60,279 bases of DNA, taken from the NCBI GenBank assembly GCA_012862495.1, contig BLSG01000216.1, positions 375,492-435,770 on the forward strand, in the 5' to 3' direction. Position 1 is the stretch's first letter; each line of letters opens with the position of its first letter. The translations under genes and the position numbers were made by a program. This stretch comes from Thraustochytrium aureum (Eukaryota). The notes under the pieces are model-generated. The model did no database searches. It was not told where the DNA came from and saw only the letters and a program-made list of their open reading frames with translations. Of this stretch, positions 57,832 to 60,279 are shown piece by piece.

Positions 57832-59053
57832 ATGGCGCTGAGCGTCCAAGCGGAGGCGAAGCGGCTGCGGCGGGCCTACAGCGAGAGCAGCACGAAGAGT
57901 GAGTGACGGAGGGAGCGAGGGAGTGGCTCGAGAGCGCCGGAGCAACGTGGCGGGCGCAGGCCGGCGGAAGGTTGCTGTCGGCCGGCCAGGAAAGAGCTGC
58001 CAGCCGCTCGCGGATGCTCGGATTCTGACCAGCGGCCGGGCGCCCGGCGCAGTTTGGGGCCGTGTTCTAAGCATCCAGTCGCACACTGTGCACGGTGAGT
58101 CGACAGCGCTTGTTGCGCGGCGTGGACGCTGAAGCTTACGTGTGTGGAAGTGCGGCCCTTGGGCGCCGCCTTGAGCACCGAACAGGTTACGTAGGCAACA
58201 AGAGCGCAGTGTTTCCAATGCAGCTGCTGGGCTTTGACGTGGACCCGATCAACAGCGTGCAATTCTCCAATCACACAGGGTACAAGAACGGATTCCGCGG
58301 CGACGTGCTCAACGGCGAGCAGCTCGCCAAGCTCGTTGAAGGGTTGCGCGGGAACGGGCTCGTGCAAGGCTACACGCATCTGCTGACCGGGTACATAGGG
58401 TCCGTGTCGTTTCTTCAAAACGTTCTCCAGGTGCACCGCATCCTCAAGGAGGCCAATCCGGGCCTGACATACTTTTGCGATCCAGTTCTGGGGGACAAAG
58501 GCAAGCTCTACGTGCCAGAGGAGCTGGTTGCCGTGTATCGGTCCGAGGTGGTCCCGGTGGCGTCCGTCCTCACCCCCAACCAGTTTGAGCTAGAGCTACT
58601 TGCAGAGACAAAGGTGACGGACCTGGCAACTGCGCGCGCTGCGTTTGGGGTGCTCCACGCGCGCGGTGTCCGCACCGTAGTTCTAACCTCGTGCGAATTC
58701 CACAACGAACCGGACACGCTTCACTTGCTCGCCAGTGTGGCGCAAGAGGAGCCCGGCGCTGCGCCCAGGCTACTGCAAGCAACCCAGCCTCGCGTATCCG
58801 GCCACTACACGGGGACCGGCGATCTCATCGCTGCGCTCTTGTTGGCCTGGACGACGCGGCACAGCGACGACCTCGTGGAAGCGCTGCGCAAGGCCTGCAC
58901 CTCAATGAACGCTGTCGTGTCCCGCACCAAGGAGGCCATCGATGCCGGGGAAACCCGAACGGCGAGATTCTCCTTGTCCAGAGCCGCTGCGACCTGGAGG
59001 ACCCTGACCTGGACTCGAGCCCGATTGTCGTGTCTGAGCTCACACCGCCCTGA
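57832..59053 (+). CDS. PDXK: Pyridoxal kinase; exons ~57832-57898, 58053-58094, 58186-59053
   Basis: Spliced [62 protein letters not shown]...CAG introns; indel near 58955. Confidence 0.95.
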
Positions 59054-59106
59054 GGCGGTTGCAGTGGCCTGGTAATTGCGATACGAGTTTGCTGTCGCGA
59101 GCGTGC

Positions 59107-59619
59107 TCATGCCGCGGGGCTCGGCGCGTCGTGAGCGCTCGACGAGATGATGTGGTCGTATGCGACGAGCAGGAGTGCCCCCAGCGGGATGCGGGCTAGG
59201 GTGGCGGCGGCGGCCATGCCGCGGTTGGCCGGGCCGCCGACAAGGGCGTGCTTGGCCTTGTCGAGCGGGAACTCGACCGCGCACGCTGCCGTGGTGGCCA
59301 GCGCGGCGCCGGTGGCCTTCTCGCGCAGCGGAGCGCCGCGCGGGACCAGCGAGAAGTAGATACCTATGTATGCGCCCATGAAAGGAATCGTGCTGAACGC
59401 GATCGAAGAGGTGCCTTGCGGGACGGCGCTCTGCCGGAGAACGTCAAACGGCGCGAGCGCGGCGGCCGCGAGCGCGCCCGCCCCCACTCCGCTGGCCAGG
59501 TGAAAGGCCGGCCCGCCAACGCGACCCGTCCGCTCCTCCTGCCCAGCGCCACGCCGTGCGTAGAGCTTGCTGAGTTGGTAGTGCGCAGCGAACGCGAGGG
59601 CGTAGTCGAGGCAGAACAT
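59107..59619 (-). CDS. Short mitochondrial-carrier-like membrane protein (~170 aa)
   Basis: Two Px[DE]xx[KR] motifs (PFDVLR, PLDKAK) following Gly/Ala-rich hydrophobic helices. Confidence 0.6.
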   Translation of the reverse strand: MFCLDYALAFAAHYQLSKLYARRGAGQEERTGRVGGPAFHLASGVGAGALAAAALAPFDVLRQSAVPQGTSSIAFSTIPFMGAYIGIYFSLVPRGAPLREKATGAALATTAACAVEFPLDKAKHALVGGPANRGMAAAATLARIPLGALLLVAYDHIISSSAHDAPSPAA

Positions 59620-60279
59620 GGCTCCAGCTAGAGCCGAGCGCCTTCCCGCGCTCAACCCGGCGCGGCCCTGCCGATCCAGCGTCTGCTCCGTGCGCTTGCG
59701 GGCTGAAACGGCATGGTCTGAGCTTCACGCGGCCGGGGCCGTTCTGTGCGTCGCGACTCACCCGTCTCGCGACAGCCCGCGCTCTCTGACCTCGCAAGAG
59801 CTCCTCGCTCTAGCTAGCGAGAGCTGGAGGTTGGCTTCACAGCGCGCTGGAGAGGCGCTCCAGCGCGCGTGCTGCTGGGCGCTGCCGCTTCTGAGGTGTG
59901 GTGCCATCCCACCTCAGCAGCAGTGATTCCACGCAATCGATGCCTGAGGCCGAATGCCTGATGAGGCTTCCTTCTCGTCGTGGCGTCGTTTGTCGCGTGC
60001 TCGTTCATCCCGGAAGGCATCGGGGCAGGGCGTTCCTTCACGGTCGGGATGGGGCCCGGCTCGCACGCGCGGGACGAGCTCGCATGCGCGGGAGGCTCGG
60101 GAGCGGCTGGAAAGTACCGGCCTCAAGTCTCGGCTCGATGAGGGTCGCTGATGAGTCCACGTCACACTGAACAGCGCCAGCGTGATGGACAAGCAAGCCA
60201 CTGACGACGACAGGATTGGCGGCACGATTGGCGACACGATTTGAGGCTCCTTCTGGTACGTGGACCAGCAGAGACTGGT

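Noticed and set aside
809..59053. Pervasive frameshifts in conserved genes (OPA3, ACOX, STIMATE-like, RPN5, MED12, DPH6, GH92, PDXK) as programmed frameshifting, RNA editing or pseudogenisation
   Set aside because: Indels go in both directions, share no slippery motif, often sit in short homopolymers and hit essential genes in a gap-ridden assembly. Sequencing error is far more parsimonious; comparing raw reads with cDNA would settle it.
48563..59053. RidA domains near pyridoxal kinase as a vitamin B6 cluster
   Set aside because: The RidA domains are the normal DPH6 fusion, and unrelated genes intervene
127..60237. Many long overlapping or antisense ORFs (e.g. 2833-3717, 28268-29365, 37336-38457)
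   Set aside because: Expected shadows of GC3-rich coding sequence and N read-through; no recognisable motifs
59914..60279. Possible C-terminus of a minus-strand membrane protein at the window edge
   Set aside because: Too little sequence and no diagnostic motif

Overview
GC-rich, gene-dense eukaryotic scaffold from a draft assembly with many N gaps and frequent single-base indels that break conserved ORFs. Evidence for a eukaryote: short GT-AG introns, COX19, RPN5, Derlin, MED12, DPH6 and a peroxisomal acyl-CoA oxidase. A stramenopile protist such as a thraustochytrid/labyrinthulomycete is my guess from gene content, intron scarcity and (GCAG)n/(CTTC)n microsatellites; this is inference, not demonstrated. 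About 29 coding loci can be described. Most are housekeeping: COX19, OPA3, PCD, ACOX, STIMATE-like, FKBP, RCC1-repeat, coactosin-like, MAPKK, RPN5, VPS9/VARP-like, MED12-like, Derlin, PI-PLC, OCA4-like, DPH6, Yellow/MRJP-like, GH92, HIT and PDXK. No rRNA, tRNA, CRISPR or transposase was recognised. Best leads: (1) a large EF-hand/dsRBD/ankyrin/WW/TRAF-zinc-finger/glycine-rich protein, a candidate Ca2+/dsRNA-sensing scaffold; (2) a chimeric LRR-LRRCT-FN3-Cys-rich multi-TM receptor with a half-LIM-like insert; (3) a dense TGACGT (bZIP/UPRE-like) motif cluster with a perfect 13-bp inverted repeat in the Derlin/PLC divergent promoter; (4) repeated AATCGATT palindromes upstream of an apparently short MED12; (5) a FAIM-like/PX/PDZ protein. 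All domain calls are by-eye motif recognition; no searches were run.
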